Below are positions 54,201 to 62,970 of a stretch of 64,000 bases of DNA, one piece after another. Position 1 is the stretch's first letter, and each line of letters begins with the position of its first letter. Source of the stretch: Phoronis australis. Taxonomy: Eukaryota; Animalia; Phoronida. The position numbers and the translations under genes were made by a program. Location: assembly GCA_002633005.1 (NCBI GenBank), contig NMRA01000026.1:490434-554433 (forward strand). The letters run 5' to 3'. Below the pieces are notes generated by a model. It saw only the letters and a program-made list of their open reading frames with translations, was not told where the DNA came from and did no database searches.

Positions 54201-57200
54201 AGACATTCCTTGTATGTTGATTATCTCAAAAACTGCTTGACGGATCACGATGAAATTCGAAACGGAAGTATATGGCAAGAATGTGCCAGCGCCAGTCAAT
54301 TTTTGGATGCTGGATTCAACTACTTTGGCACCCCGTTAGTTTTTGACTGCTCAAGTCATTGCTTGTCCGTCAATTATCTTGAAACTGCTTAACAGATCAT
54401 GATGACATTTTGGCGTAGAGATAGATGGCTGGCATGCACCAGCACCAATCGATTTTCGGACAGATTTGGCTTGCGTAGCACCTCCTGTTGGCCATTTTAA
54501 TTTTTGGCAAGACAGGTTGATTATCTCAAAAACTGCAAGAAAAGAAAAATATGGGCGGAGGGTAAGAAATGAAAGTGCCTTCCCCCACGTCAGCTTCTCT
54601 TCTCTGTGGTAGGCCTGATCGGAATGTGAGCATTGCCTCTCGCGACGCTTGTGGAAAAGACATCTGGAAGGTCAGAGCGGTGAAGCCTCGGCCAGTTGAG
54701 GAGCAGAAGGAATTCTTACAGAACCTCACCCCGTTCACGTGGTATGCAGCTTATGTGAAGACCTTTAGAACGGACATGCAAGGGGCAATCAGCAACTTGC
54801 TCTACTTTAAAACGGCAGAGACCAGTAAGTAGAAGGCTTGACTGCATGACAGTAAACTTTCGAGTTTTGGAATGAAAGTAGTGGCTACTTTTGCTGCTAT
54901 TGTAAGGCGAATACTACATTTCCACCTCTAGTCTTTTGGTTTCTGGTAGGTTCTCCATCATTCTGCCGTGGTCAAGATGGAGAACTATGGTGACAATGAA
55001 TTCCACTTAAAGGCGAGGGCAAGCTTTTTTCATGTCGTTTAGCAAAAATACGGTTCGTTGATTATCCCAGACACATTTTCCACTTAATTACAGCTTTTCA
55101 TAATTTGTTTAATTATTCGTTCTCTACTCCGGAAGTGAGGTTTTGGGAGGCAAGAATTTCCTGCCTATTTCTTTTCGTATAGTCTGACTGTGAGAGCTGC
55201 CGAGTGGGTCATTGTTCGATCTCGGTTTTGATAAGTTCGCTCGTTGTGTGATTTTGTTTACAAATCAGTCAACATGCCACACTGTTGCTGCTTACTGGGA
55301 TGTACTCATTATCGTCTCACGGACAGAGGAACAACTGTCCCACTTGCACGAGTGTCCACGACACACTCCCACTGATAGTGACCTGAGCACACAAACTGTT
55401 TATACTCCGCCGTGTGACTCCCTTGCCACACACCTGGCACCTTCTAAATAGCTCCAATACTTTATACAAGTCCACAATAAACTTATCAAAGTTTGGCTCA
55501 CCGATCTGTTCATTGAACGACGAACTGTCCTCTTCACTGGGTTTCGAACGGGGCCTGTATTCACTCCCACTACTCAATATCTCAGCAGGGCTGCTTACAG
55601 GCTTTGGGCCATAATGAGTGCATCCCGGCACGCGGCAACAGTGTGGCATGTTGACTGACTCGTAAACAAAAACAAACGACGACTGAACTTATGACAACCG
55701 AGGTAAATGAATGACTGACTCGAAAACGCTTATATAGTCAGACTATGGGAAAAGAAATGGGCGTGAAATCCTTGCCTCCCAAAACGTGACTTCCGGAGTA
55801 GATAATGAATAATTAATCAAATTACGAAAAGCTGTAATTAAGTGGAAAATATGTCTGGGATAATCATCGAACCTTATTTTTGCTAAAAATGACATGAAAA
55901 AAGGTTGCCTTCGCCTTTAAGCCCCGCTGTCATGACGTGGAATGCCGGATCAGTTTGTCTGATTATCTTATGCGTGTACTGTTGTCAGATTTGCCCCTTA
56001 TTGTCAACTGAAACTGGGTGTTGAAGAAACAAGTTGTCTAGAAATAACTGGCGTTCGCATGAAAACTTGTATTAGAACAAGTTTTTCTTGGTTCATTCAC
56101 GTTCGCATGGAGCCATACCTTAAAAGGTGTCATTCATAGAACATCGAACACTCGGTCTTGGTAGTGTTTAGTTGTGATAAAATACTCACCCAAAAGTATT
56201 CTTTCAGAATCCAAGTGTCAAAAGTGTACAAGCTTCAATTGATATGTTAACATTATTTAGGAATTATGGTTTTAAATTTTGAAAATACAATTTTGTGAAC
56301 TTAAAAGGTTTTCAGGGGGTGAAAATGGTTTCATGCCTGCGCATCCAAATTCTGGGACCAATCTGTTAACCGCTGTCCCACACCGGTTAACACCAAATTC
56401 GCACTACAAAATCCCATACATATGCTTCAAAACTCCACACATGCACCAAAGTACTCCATACACAGTGACCTAACTCCAATATTGATCTGGTACTAGGGCT
56501 TAGGGTATTATCATAGAATTTACAGTTTAGTGTTGGTATTCGTCTGGTATGATCTCGAAAAACTTATGGGTCACTGCATTTCCATACTGGACTGGAAAGT
56601 AAGTGATGGGAAAGCTCAAGTTAGTTAATTGTCCTGGAAAAGTAATTCTAAGTCCTTGATGGCATCCTTTTTGGCATCCTTGAAGTCATTTGCTTTTTGC
56701 TGTATTCTTGCCGCTTGTTAGAGCCATAGCCAGACCAGTTGTTGATATTTGTATAAGAATACAACTTGGCAGTCACTGACGCAACTCTGACTAATTGTGT
56801 GTTCCAGCACCCACAGTGCCTCGCAAGCTGATCGCCGTGGCAACAGGAGCCAACACCCTGCATTTGTCGTGGAAACCGCCCAAAATGCTCAATAGTAATG
56901 CGGTGACATACAACGTCGTGTTGTTTAATTCAGAACAGGCAGATGCTCTAGGCGAATACAATAAACGCAATTTCTGCTTGAGGCCGCAGAGCATCAACGT
57001 GGCCTGTCCTGTGGGTGTTGCTACGAAGGCGGACAATGTCTCCACAGAGGGCCTGTGTTGCAGAAAGTGCGAGGACCAAGAACTGTACCCTGCTGACTGG
57101 AGGGAGCACAATGCAAGGATAGCTTTCGAGAACTACATACAGATTCATGTGTTCAACAAACGCCAGTGAGTAGAAGCTCAGGGTCTCAAAAAATATTATG

Positions 57201-60200
57201 GTTACTGAATTGTGTAAAAATTATACTGCAGTGAAAACCTAGGAGGAAAGCAAATGAGAAATTGCACTGAATCATTTGAAAATAAGGCAGAAAATTTAAA
57301 TTAGAAATTTCTCCGAATTTCGGCGAGGAAAAATTTCGTCAACTTTCCATCCGAAAACTAAAAATCGCATAATGTGTCTGGTCAGCACTTTTAGATCGAG
57401 AACATGCCAAACAAGCCATTGCTTCCCATTAGGTTCCATGTAGAAATGTATGGTCACTATTACTTAAGGCCAATAAGAACTGTAAGGTCACTGTTACCAT
57501 TGGGGATCATTTCAATCTCCCGGGACACACTGTCAGTGACCTCAATGTACTGGTAGTTAAAGGGGGCCTGCTGGACAACCACTCGCGGAGAATGTGCAAG
57601 GCAGAATTCATTGCCAGATTAAATACCCACGCCAGTGGTTTTAATAGGGACATAGGTATTTTATCTCACTACAAGTCTGTTGTGAATAAACTCTAGTAAT
57701 TACCTACCCATTTCTGATTAAGCCCTTCCTCTCGTCATGCGCACCAATTTTCCGCGGAAACACAGATTTCCGCTTTTTTCAAATGTTCTGTCCGCGCATT
57801 TTATTATATTTCCGCGTAAAAAAAATCGGATTTGATATAAAATTTCAACGGCAAATTCCTTTCTTACCGCGGCGTTGCAGACGACGTTCACCTCGAAAAG
57901 CGGAACTTGCTCTTTATGTTTCGGAGGAACGTAAATTGTCAACATTGCCAGAGCATCTGAGATAGCGTGGTGGGATTTTCAATGGCGTCTCGTGTTATTG
58001 TAAACCGCGGCGACAAATACTACGGCTCTGGAGCCAAAAATGTGTGGGTTGGGAGTGGACGGACGAGCTAAAAGGATGCAGACGCATGCTACTGATGGTG
58101 GTAACGTTTTTTTTATTTTTTGTTTAGTCTTCTCGATTTTTGTCGGGGAAAGGTTCACATCGACCATTTCAAGGCTGGGTAGCGTGCATGATTTCATGAT
58201 TTGGGCCGTAAAAGTTTCCGCGTTTTTTGTCATTGGTCATTCCAAGCCCTGATTAGGGGCTTGAGCTTGATCCACTATTAACACTGGTTTGAATAGGCAA
58301 TTATTTACTCATGGTGTGTGGGTAGTTGACCTATCACCAGAATTTTGAGTGACGGTTTAATTGACCATTTAGAACACAGTATTATTGACACACCTTCGTT
58401 TCCAAGGTTCCATTTTACCCGACAAACAACACATTGCCAGGTAAAACTTATCATTTGTTAGTCGACATTACGCAAGGTGGCGGAGCTTGCAATAGGTCAA
58501 TTAGTTAACATGATAATTACATGTTTGGTGTTAGTCCTACAACGTTTAGTGTATTGGTGAGATCTGGATAAATGGGACTTTCAATATTTTGATTTTCAAT
58601 ATTTTGATTTTCAATATTTTGATTTTCAATATTTTGATTTTCAATATTTTGATACACTCAAAGTTTTGATCGTCTTTCATATCTATTATCGATATTATTT
58701 GCATTTTGATGACGAGGCAATCTATGTGTATCCTACAGAGATGGTGTACGGCGCAGGAAGCGTTCTGTTGGAGATCAACCACAAGTTAGCACCGTTGTGC
58801 CGCTCAACACCACAACACCACCCTACTCTTTCACTTCAGCGGGCTTCGAGATTGCCGTGGTTTCCAACAACACGCAAACAGAGTTGACGGGACTACATCA
58901 CTTCACTTCCTATACAATAAATGTGGCGGCATGCTTAGCCAACTGCTCTGATGAAAAGGCCAATTGTTGTAGTCAAAATGCATCTGTCAGCGTACTAACT
59001 TGCATGTCACGTGAGTCAATACATCTTCTCGTTTAACACTCTTTTGTGTAGATACAATATTCTCTAAAATCAAATTAAACTATAATAAGTAACTTGTCTC
59101 AACGCAAACCACTTCAATGAAATACTCCCTGTTGTTATACATGTTTTAATTATTTTGAAAGACTTAGGACTGAAATGGTATTATCAAGCTTTGCCATACC
59201 GACAAGGCACAGGTATTCAAATGCAAACTGATATGCAAGTAGGCTATTGTATGTCTACACCACCGCAGACTTGAATAGACAGTACTGCAAACACAGATGG
59301 TGCTCTAGACCAGCACACGAACAGCAGTAAACAAAAACAGCCTGGAGTTATAGTTAGTGCAGCCAAACTTATGACAATTGTTGAGGTATTGGAAACAGTA
59401 GGATTAATCCTTACTGAACCCGTCCATTGGTGCATTTCTTATGTTGTGATGTACCTTGTTATAATGGACTCACCCAGCTGTGAATGTCTGTAATTGCCCA
59501 TGTGCAGAAAAAAAGTTTGCATGTCGGGAAGTAGTTGAAGCATTGCCTACTGGGATTCACCTGAGTAACCAAGTGTCGGCATAGGGTGTGCGTGAACTGC
59601 ATAAGCGAAGATGAATGAAGAAAATTTGACTGAAGCCAGACGTGGCCAGTCGTGAACAATACCACTGAAGCGTGCACCGTTGCGGAGCTCAAACGTTGGC
59701 TGCATTGCAGAAATGCAAACATGAAGGGCGTCAAAAACTTGAACTTGTTGCAATTACTACAGTTTTTTACCCCTTTCACCCTATCTTGTACTTTCATATA
59801 AATTTTGTAGATATGCTGCTAAAAATTTTAACATGTTTTTCCAGGATTTTGAGTGATGTCAACTAGAAAATCGGCCAAGAAGGCAAAAACTTGCAAGCTT
59901 TAGTAGAAAAATCACTTAACTCAATCAACCCTCTAACTGAGTTATATTCATATCTTCCAAACCATGTTTCTGGATGTCGCTCTAACTTGCTGACAAATAA
60001 TAGCTTTCTAACTAAGGAAGTTATTATTTTCAATATGATATAGTACTCAGTTTTGCTTCAGATCCACTCTTTTTCCAATATGTTAACGTCGCAGTCGTCT
60101 GCTGTGAAAAGGCTCTGGAGAAGACTGATACAGGGGACAGTATAATCGGAAGCTTGTTTATACACCCCCATTTGAAATAAACTTGACCACTTCTTAGTTG

Positions 60201-62970
60201 TATTGGCAATGACCCATTTCTGATATGAGGGTACACAGCTTAAAGACCCTAGTGTACTCGCGAACTCGGTATACTTTCCCTTATTACCGGCTCTGCCAAT
60301 GATTTCACCCCAAACTTTCTAGCCTCTGGTTTTTTCATTAACTCGTAATACTTCAGATGGCGCTGTTTCTTGTTATTATTAAAACTGGTGAATCCACTGG
60401 CACCTCACATCATTACGTTTACAAGCCACCATTAACATTTCGAACAATGCAAAGTGGTTACTCGGGTCTGTCCCAAGATGTACCGTGGCACCAGGGGGTA
60501 CGGCTTTCAGAATGTTGGATCTGCATATCAGCTATCGTCTTATCCAGTGGGAATTGCCTGTGTTATTTCATACAGTGGGAAATGTTTGTATAATCTTATA
60601 TATCTTTGCAGCTGATGCTGATGTTGTGTCGAACGTTCTGGTTCAGCGTAGCGGTGATGAAGTGTTCGTCCAATGGAGGGCGCCCTCATCCCCCAATGGC
60701 ATTGTTCTTTATTATGATCTGCAGTACTGGACCAAGGTAAATTTAATTTTGGGACCTGTCGCATTAAATCAACAATTAATACACATTCCGTCAAAGAAAA
60801 TTTATTTTTATTCAGGTAACTTACCGCTCCAATGTTGGTCGCAACTTGCTCCTTACTCGGTTGAGATGTGATTTTTGGGCTTGAAAAGAACTGACAGTTT
60901 ATTATTGCTCGAGATTGCTCTTTGTGATTAAAATAACACTAGAGCGTGGTCTCGAGCAATAATGAACTGTCGGAAGAGTTCTTTCTAAGCCTAGACTAAT
61001 GAACAATTTGAGACTAAAAGCATGAAAATTTTGAGACATCCAGTTGAGAAAACAGATCAAGTTTGCTTCTAATATTAGACTCAAACTTGATCAATTTGAG
61101 ACTAATTTCATTATAAATGGTGAATGGTATAAATCTAAATATTTTTAGCTTAAGTAATTTGGGTTGATTTTGTTGTTGGTGAACAGATTTTAGTGTGCAT
61201 AAGACAAGTTCTCTCTTGATGGCTGCTAAATTCATACTGCAAGCTCTAGTTCAAACTTTAGATCTTATGTTCAAACTTGACAGTTTAGCTTTGGCGTTGG
61301 GTTTATCAGCAAACTTATATTGTTTCCTCCCACAGGCCTTTGAATCTCTCAGAGTTATTGAGAGATTCCAGTGCCTGTGGTTTGCTCTAGGCATTACTGT
61401 AAAATAAGGCTTTTGAGGCCGTGGTCTTACTGCAAAACAATGTATTCAACGGGAAGTTTTAATGTAGTTTTCCCAAGATAAAACTACAAGCTTATACTCA
61501 TATACTAGGCAGTGCCGTTGCTTTGGAAATTAAGCCAGTTATATTCCATGTTTTTTGCCTGTCATTTATGACCACAGTACAGCTGGTTGAGTAAAAACTG
61601 TCATTGGAAAAACGTAAATAAACAAAACGTACCGAGAGTGGCGTACATGAAGTAATATCCCATGAGACATTATTCAGAGTATCCAACGAGACCGAAGGTT
61701 GAGGCAGAATGCTTCACTCAGACTGTTCAGCAGACCGCATAATATATGCATTGTACTTGCGTGTTAGGTTACAAGTTTTCTCTCGTTAAAGAAACAGTTT
61801 TAAATTTAGGGATGATAACAAAGATGAAAACAATGGTAATTTTGCATTTGTAACGTTTCTTGAAAATAATTATATTACAAAAATATTTAACATAATTGTA
61901 GTTACTAAGGAATCGGCACCTGAATTGCAGACAATATAATATTTAGCAAATAAAACAGAGATAGAAGGTAGTGTTGTATAATTAACAGTTTTGTACCAGA
62001 TGTTACGATTGGGACCTGATGGCATGTTGACTGTTATTTAATGTTGCTGTTTTACTACATTAAATTATTGCGGCAAAGTTTGATCATCGAACTGAGTAAC
62101 GACGTCAAGTCGACATTGACCTACCTTTTGAACTTTCCATGTTGAAGGGTACTGTTAAGGTAGTCCCGGGAGGGTAATACAGAAAACAATATCACATTGC
62201 CCTATTGCACTCTACTTATTGAATGCTGCGTATGGGATAAATAAGTCCAAAACAATGGCAAATATGGTCCTATTGTCGAAAATTGTAAAACCGCAATGCT
62301 ACCAAATATCAAGCCGTGGCCATGTATTTGAATAGTAAGCCATGCTCAGAAGTTTACTAACTGATCTTAAGTTCATATTGATGTAAAATACCACACTTAA
62401 GTTGACAAACATTAAGTTTCATTTGTCAGATACAAAGAACGACTCTTAAAGGGACATGACCGGTTTTGGCACCGGAATATGCATTTTTGGAGTTTTAGTG
62501 AATTCGGATAAACTTATCAAGCTATTAGCTTTGACTAGAAGAAAATCTGTTGTGTTTTTGTGATTTTATAAAATATTGCCAATTTTTGCTGTTGGCTGCC
62601 AGTCATTTGATGAAAGCCATGCCAGTAACTTTATTAATTTAATAGTCCGCTTAAGTTACTCAGCTACTCCCATGTTGGAGTGTGGCTGCCGAGGTCATTA
62701 ATTTGAATGGGTCTTGAGGCTGATTTTGACGATCACGTCTCGTTCAATTTTCTAGCAATCGGTTCTCCGTTGTTCAAACTGAATTTGCGCTGGGTATGTT
62801 GTAGGGCAACTTCAATAGAATGGTATGTATCACTAACCAGGAGTACCTGGATAACGGTGGACACAGACTTGTAGCCCTCCGAACTGGCCAGTATTCCTTC
62901 AGGGTGCGTGCTAACTCGTTGGCTGGGCCTGGCAACTGGAGTGAGCATGTGGTCTACTACATGTATGTCG
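28105..62970 (+). CDS. InR: Insulin receptor / IGF1R-family receptor, partial multi-exon CDS (ectodomain, 12 exons); lacks signal exon and TM/kinase exons in this window
   Basis: Spliced translation gives L1 (NCTVIEGNL, GYLLLFRVYGL, CYVNTIDWSRI), Cys-rich (CCHPECLGEC), L2 (GCSVVHGDI, LSFFKKLRRI), three FnIII domains, alphaCT (FENYIQIHVF) and furin site RRRKR/S. All 11 introns are GT-AG with matching phases. Confidence 0.96.
34445..34923 (-). mobile_element. Harbinger/Tourist-like MITE, copy B (inverted relative to A)
   Basis: Same TIRs; TTA flanks at 34442-34444 and 34924-34926; the interior is the reverse complement of copy A (e.g. aactgccgaagccagtatgaac). Confidence 0.8.
36122..36689. mobile_element. 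TTAA-flanked foldback MITE (Kolobok-like) containing a (TA)n microsatellite at 36180-36232
   Basis: TTAA|GGTCACT...AGTGACC|TTAA; long imperfect arms (aatcttattgtgtgcatcaaaacaattttcaga vs tctgaacattgttttcgtgcacaagataagatt). Confidence 0.8.
40699..41020. mobile_element. Harbinger-like MITE just upstream of exon 3
   Basis: GGCTGGTTCACACTGGCAAACT...AGTTTGTCAGTGTGTAC ends with internal caaac/gtttg inverted motifs. Confidence 0.55.
41081..41253 (+). CDS. InR: InR exon 3: furin-like Cys-rich region (phase 1-0)
   Basis: Acceptor attacag at 41080 (in-frame alternative AG at 41086); VPGQCESC...CCHPECLGECTGP...CVDKCPPGLYE; donor GTAAGA at 41254. Confidence 0.92.
41945..42140 (+). CDS. InR: InR exon 4: Cys-rich region (phase 0-1)
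   Basis: Acceptor ggttag at 41944; VNERRCISDMEC...CLKTCPSGY...CVPCGGNCPT; donor G|GTAAAG at 42141. Confidence 0.92.
42665..43203 (+). mobile_element. TTAA-type MITE family K, copy 1
   Basis: TIR AAGGTTATTTAGGACC / GGTCCTACATAACCTT ending in TTAA; homologs at 45677-46263, 46406-48200 and a fragment at about 36800-36858. Confidence 0.75.
45418..45528 (+). CDS. InR: InR exon 5: start of L2 domain (phase 1-1); absent from ORF track
   Basis: Acceptor ttcttcccag; VCRSPRRSFMIDTPAAAKDLEGCSVVHGDITITINSG (cf. human [28 protein letters not shown]); donor GTAATT at 45529. Confidence 0.92.
45677..46263 (+). mobile_element. MITE family K, copy 2, with a 28 bp x 4 tandem array at its left end (45681-45800)
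   Basis: Right end gtcctatgtagcc|ttaa; gaagtggaac...gaagttg...ggacattttt shared with copy 1; unit gtttaggcccatatcaacaggtctgtgt. Confidence 0.75.
46406..48200 (-). mobile_element. MITE family K, copy 3 (inverted), split by a HINE insertion
   Basis: 46406-46550 is the reverse complement of the family right end; 47993-48200 continues the reverse complement of the family interior. Confidence 0.65.
46551..47992 (+). mobile_element. Helentron-associated (HINE/Pearl-like) element with an internal satellite array of about 147 bp
   Basis: Inserted in a T-run; subterminal inverted repeats ATGCGCCCAC (46551) / GTGGGCGCAT (47958); tgtccg..cgtccg after the 5' end; about 9 tandem monomers; 3' ...gcattgctcttgtt. 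Confidence 0.8.
48261..48402 (+). CDS. InR: InR exon 6: L2 domain (phase 1-2); absent from ORF track
   Basis: Acceptor aatttcag; ERITQELEQSLGNIEEVHGQIKVISANALTSLSFFKKLRRIKGAKDK (cf. human ELEANLGLIEEISGYLKI...SLSFFRKLRLIRG); donor GTATGG at 48403. Confidence 0.92.
51437..51651 (+). CDS. InR: InR exon 7: end of L2 domain (phase 2-1)
   Basis: Acceptor ttttag; YALFLLGNKNLEQIW...YNRKLC...TNGDLGTC; donor GTAAGT at 51652. Confidence 0.94.
52405..52534 (+). CDS. InR: InR exon 8: FnIII-1 N-terminal part (phase 1-2)
   Basis: Acceptor ctcccgtcag; CSFTHLKL...IIKWTTFKPSGDERKFISYLIYYTKA; donor GTAAGT at 52535. Confidence 0.93.
52548..52900 (+). mobile_element. TTAA-flanked MITE (Kolobok-like), younger copy
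   Basis: TTAA|AAGGATACCGAACCTGGTTTT ... AAAACCGGGTTTAGTAACCTT|TTAA. Confidence 0.8.
52905..53252 (-). mobile_element. Older inverted copy of the same MITE, sharing the TTAA at 52901-52904
   Basis: Aligns along its length to the reverse complement of 52548-52900 (gatttcaa..a.tcctcatt, gcatcattg, gcagactttg.aa.gaatttt, gggttacag). Confidence 0.75.
54010..54565 (+). mobile_element. Second HINE-like element with about 3.3 monomers of about 155 bp
   Basis: T-run then tgcgcccaaa ... atgggcggag; attatct.aa...g.atca.gatga repeated at about 54064, 54220, 54373 and 54520. Confidence 0.65.
54613..54824 (+). CDS. InR: InR exon 9: FnIII-1 including the dimer cysteine DACG (phase 2-1)
   Basis: Acceptor ctgtggtag; PDRNVSIASRDACGKDIW...LTPFTWYAAYVKT...GAISNLLYFKT; donor GTAAGT at 54825. 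Confidence 0.94.
55011..55916. mobile_element. Kolobok-derived non-autonomous element with about 300-bp inverted arms and TTAA target duplication
   Basis: TTAA|AGGCGA...TCGCCT|TTAA; arms 55011-55312 and 55611-55916; internal THAP/zinc-finger transposase remnant. Confidence 0.88.
55317..55649 (-). pseudogene. Internally deleted Kolobok-type transposase N-terminus (THAP start plus Cys/His region)
   Basis: MPHCCRVPGCTH (THAP start) fused to KFIVDLYKVLELFRRCQVC; after a frameshift the minus strand reads CRGHSCKWDS, like the CxxGHxxxWxS motif I recall from Kolobok transposases. Confidence 0.7.
56808..57165 (+). CDS. InR: InR exon 10: FnIII-2a, insert domain alpha and alphaCT (phase 1-2)
   Basis: Acceptor gttccag; PTVPRKL...LSWKPP...NFC...CCRKC...FENYIQIHVFNKR; donor GTGAGT at 57166. 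Confidence 0.94.
57466..57696 (+). mobile_element. Penelope-like element 3' fragment (GIY-YIG endonuclease C-terminus); absent from ORF track
   Basis: Frame from 57481 reads ...IGDHFNLPGHTVSDLNVLVVKGGLLDNHSRRMCKAEFIARLNTHASGFNRDIGILSHY, the HF..GH...GxN ending typical of Penelope ORFs. Confidence 0.85.
57718..58258. mobile_element. GC-richer interspersed repeat, probably a DNA-transposon derivative
   Basis: Clustered ttccgc/gcggaa motifs; ctgatta occurs at both boundaries; the minus strand starts CAGGGCTTGGAATG. Confidence 0.35.
58579..58653. repeat. Minisatellite, 15 bp x 5
   Basis: tcaatattttgattt at 58581, 58596, 58611, 58626 and 58641. Confidence 0.95.
58739..59010 (+). CDS. InR: InR exon 11: furin site RRRKR (58749-58763), insert domain beta and FnIII-2b (phase 2-1)
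   Basis: Acceptor tcctacag; DGVRRRKRSVGD...LTGLHHFTSYTINVAAC (cf. human ISGLRHFTGYRIELQAC); donor GTGAGT at 59011. Confidence 0.93.
59611..59755 (+). pseudogene. Frameshifted SAP-domain remnant of a DNA-transposon accessory gene
   Basis: MNEENLTE... then TEACTVAELKRWLHCRNAN, then (shifted) GRQKLELVA; matches the SAP pattern xVxELKxWLxxRGxxxxGxKxxLV. Confidence 0.6.
60612..60736 (+). CDS. InR: InR exon 12: FnIII-3 N-terminal part (phase 1-0)
   Basis: Acceptor ctttgcag; PDADVV...VFVQWRAPSSPNGIVLYYDLQYWTK; donor GTAAAT at 60737. Confidence 0.93.
60901..60963. repeat. Hairpin with a 14-bp perfect outer stem
   Basis: attattgctcgaga ... tctcgagcaataat. Confidence 0.7.
61600..62242 (+). mobile_element. 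Hairpin-bearing repeat, copy 2 (internally deleted)
   Basis: Shares gtggcgtacatgaa.taatatcc, gacgtcaagtcgacattgacctaccttttgaac and gcgtatgggataaat with 23400-24516. Confidence 0.7.
62805..62970 (+). CDS. InR: InR exon 13: FnIII-3 C-terminal part (phase 0-1); absent from ORF track
   Basis: Acceptor ttgtag; GNFNRMVCIT...GQYSFRVRANSLAGPGNWSEHVVYY (cf. human [25 protein letters not shown]); donor GTAAGT at 62971. Confidence 0.94.
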
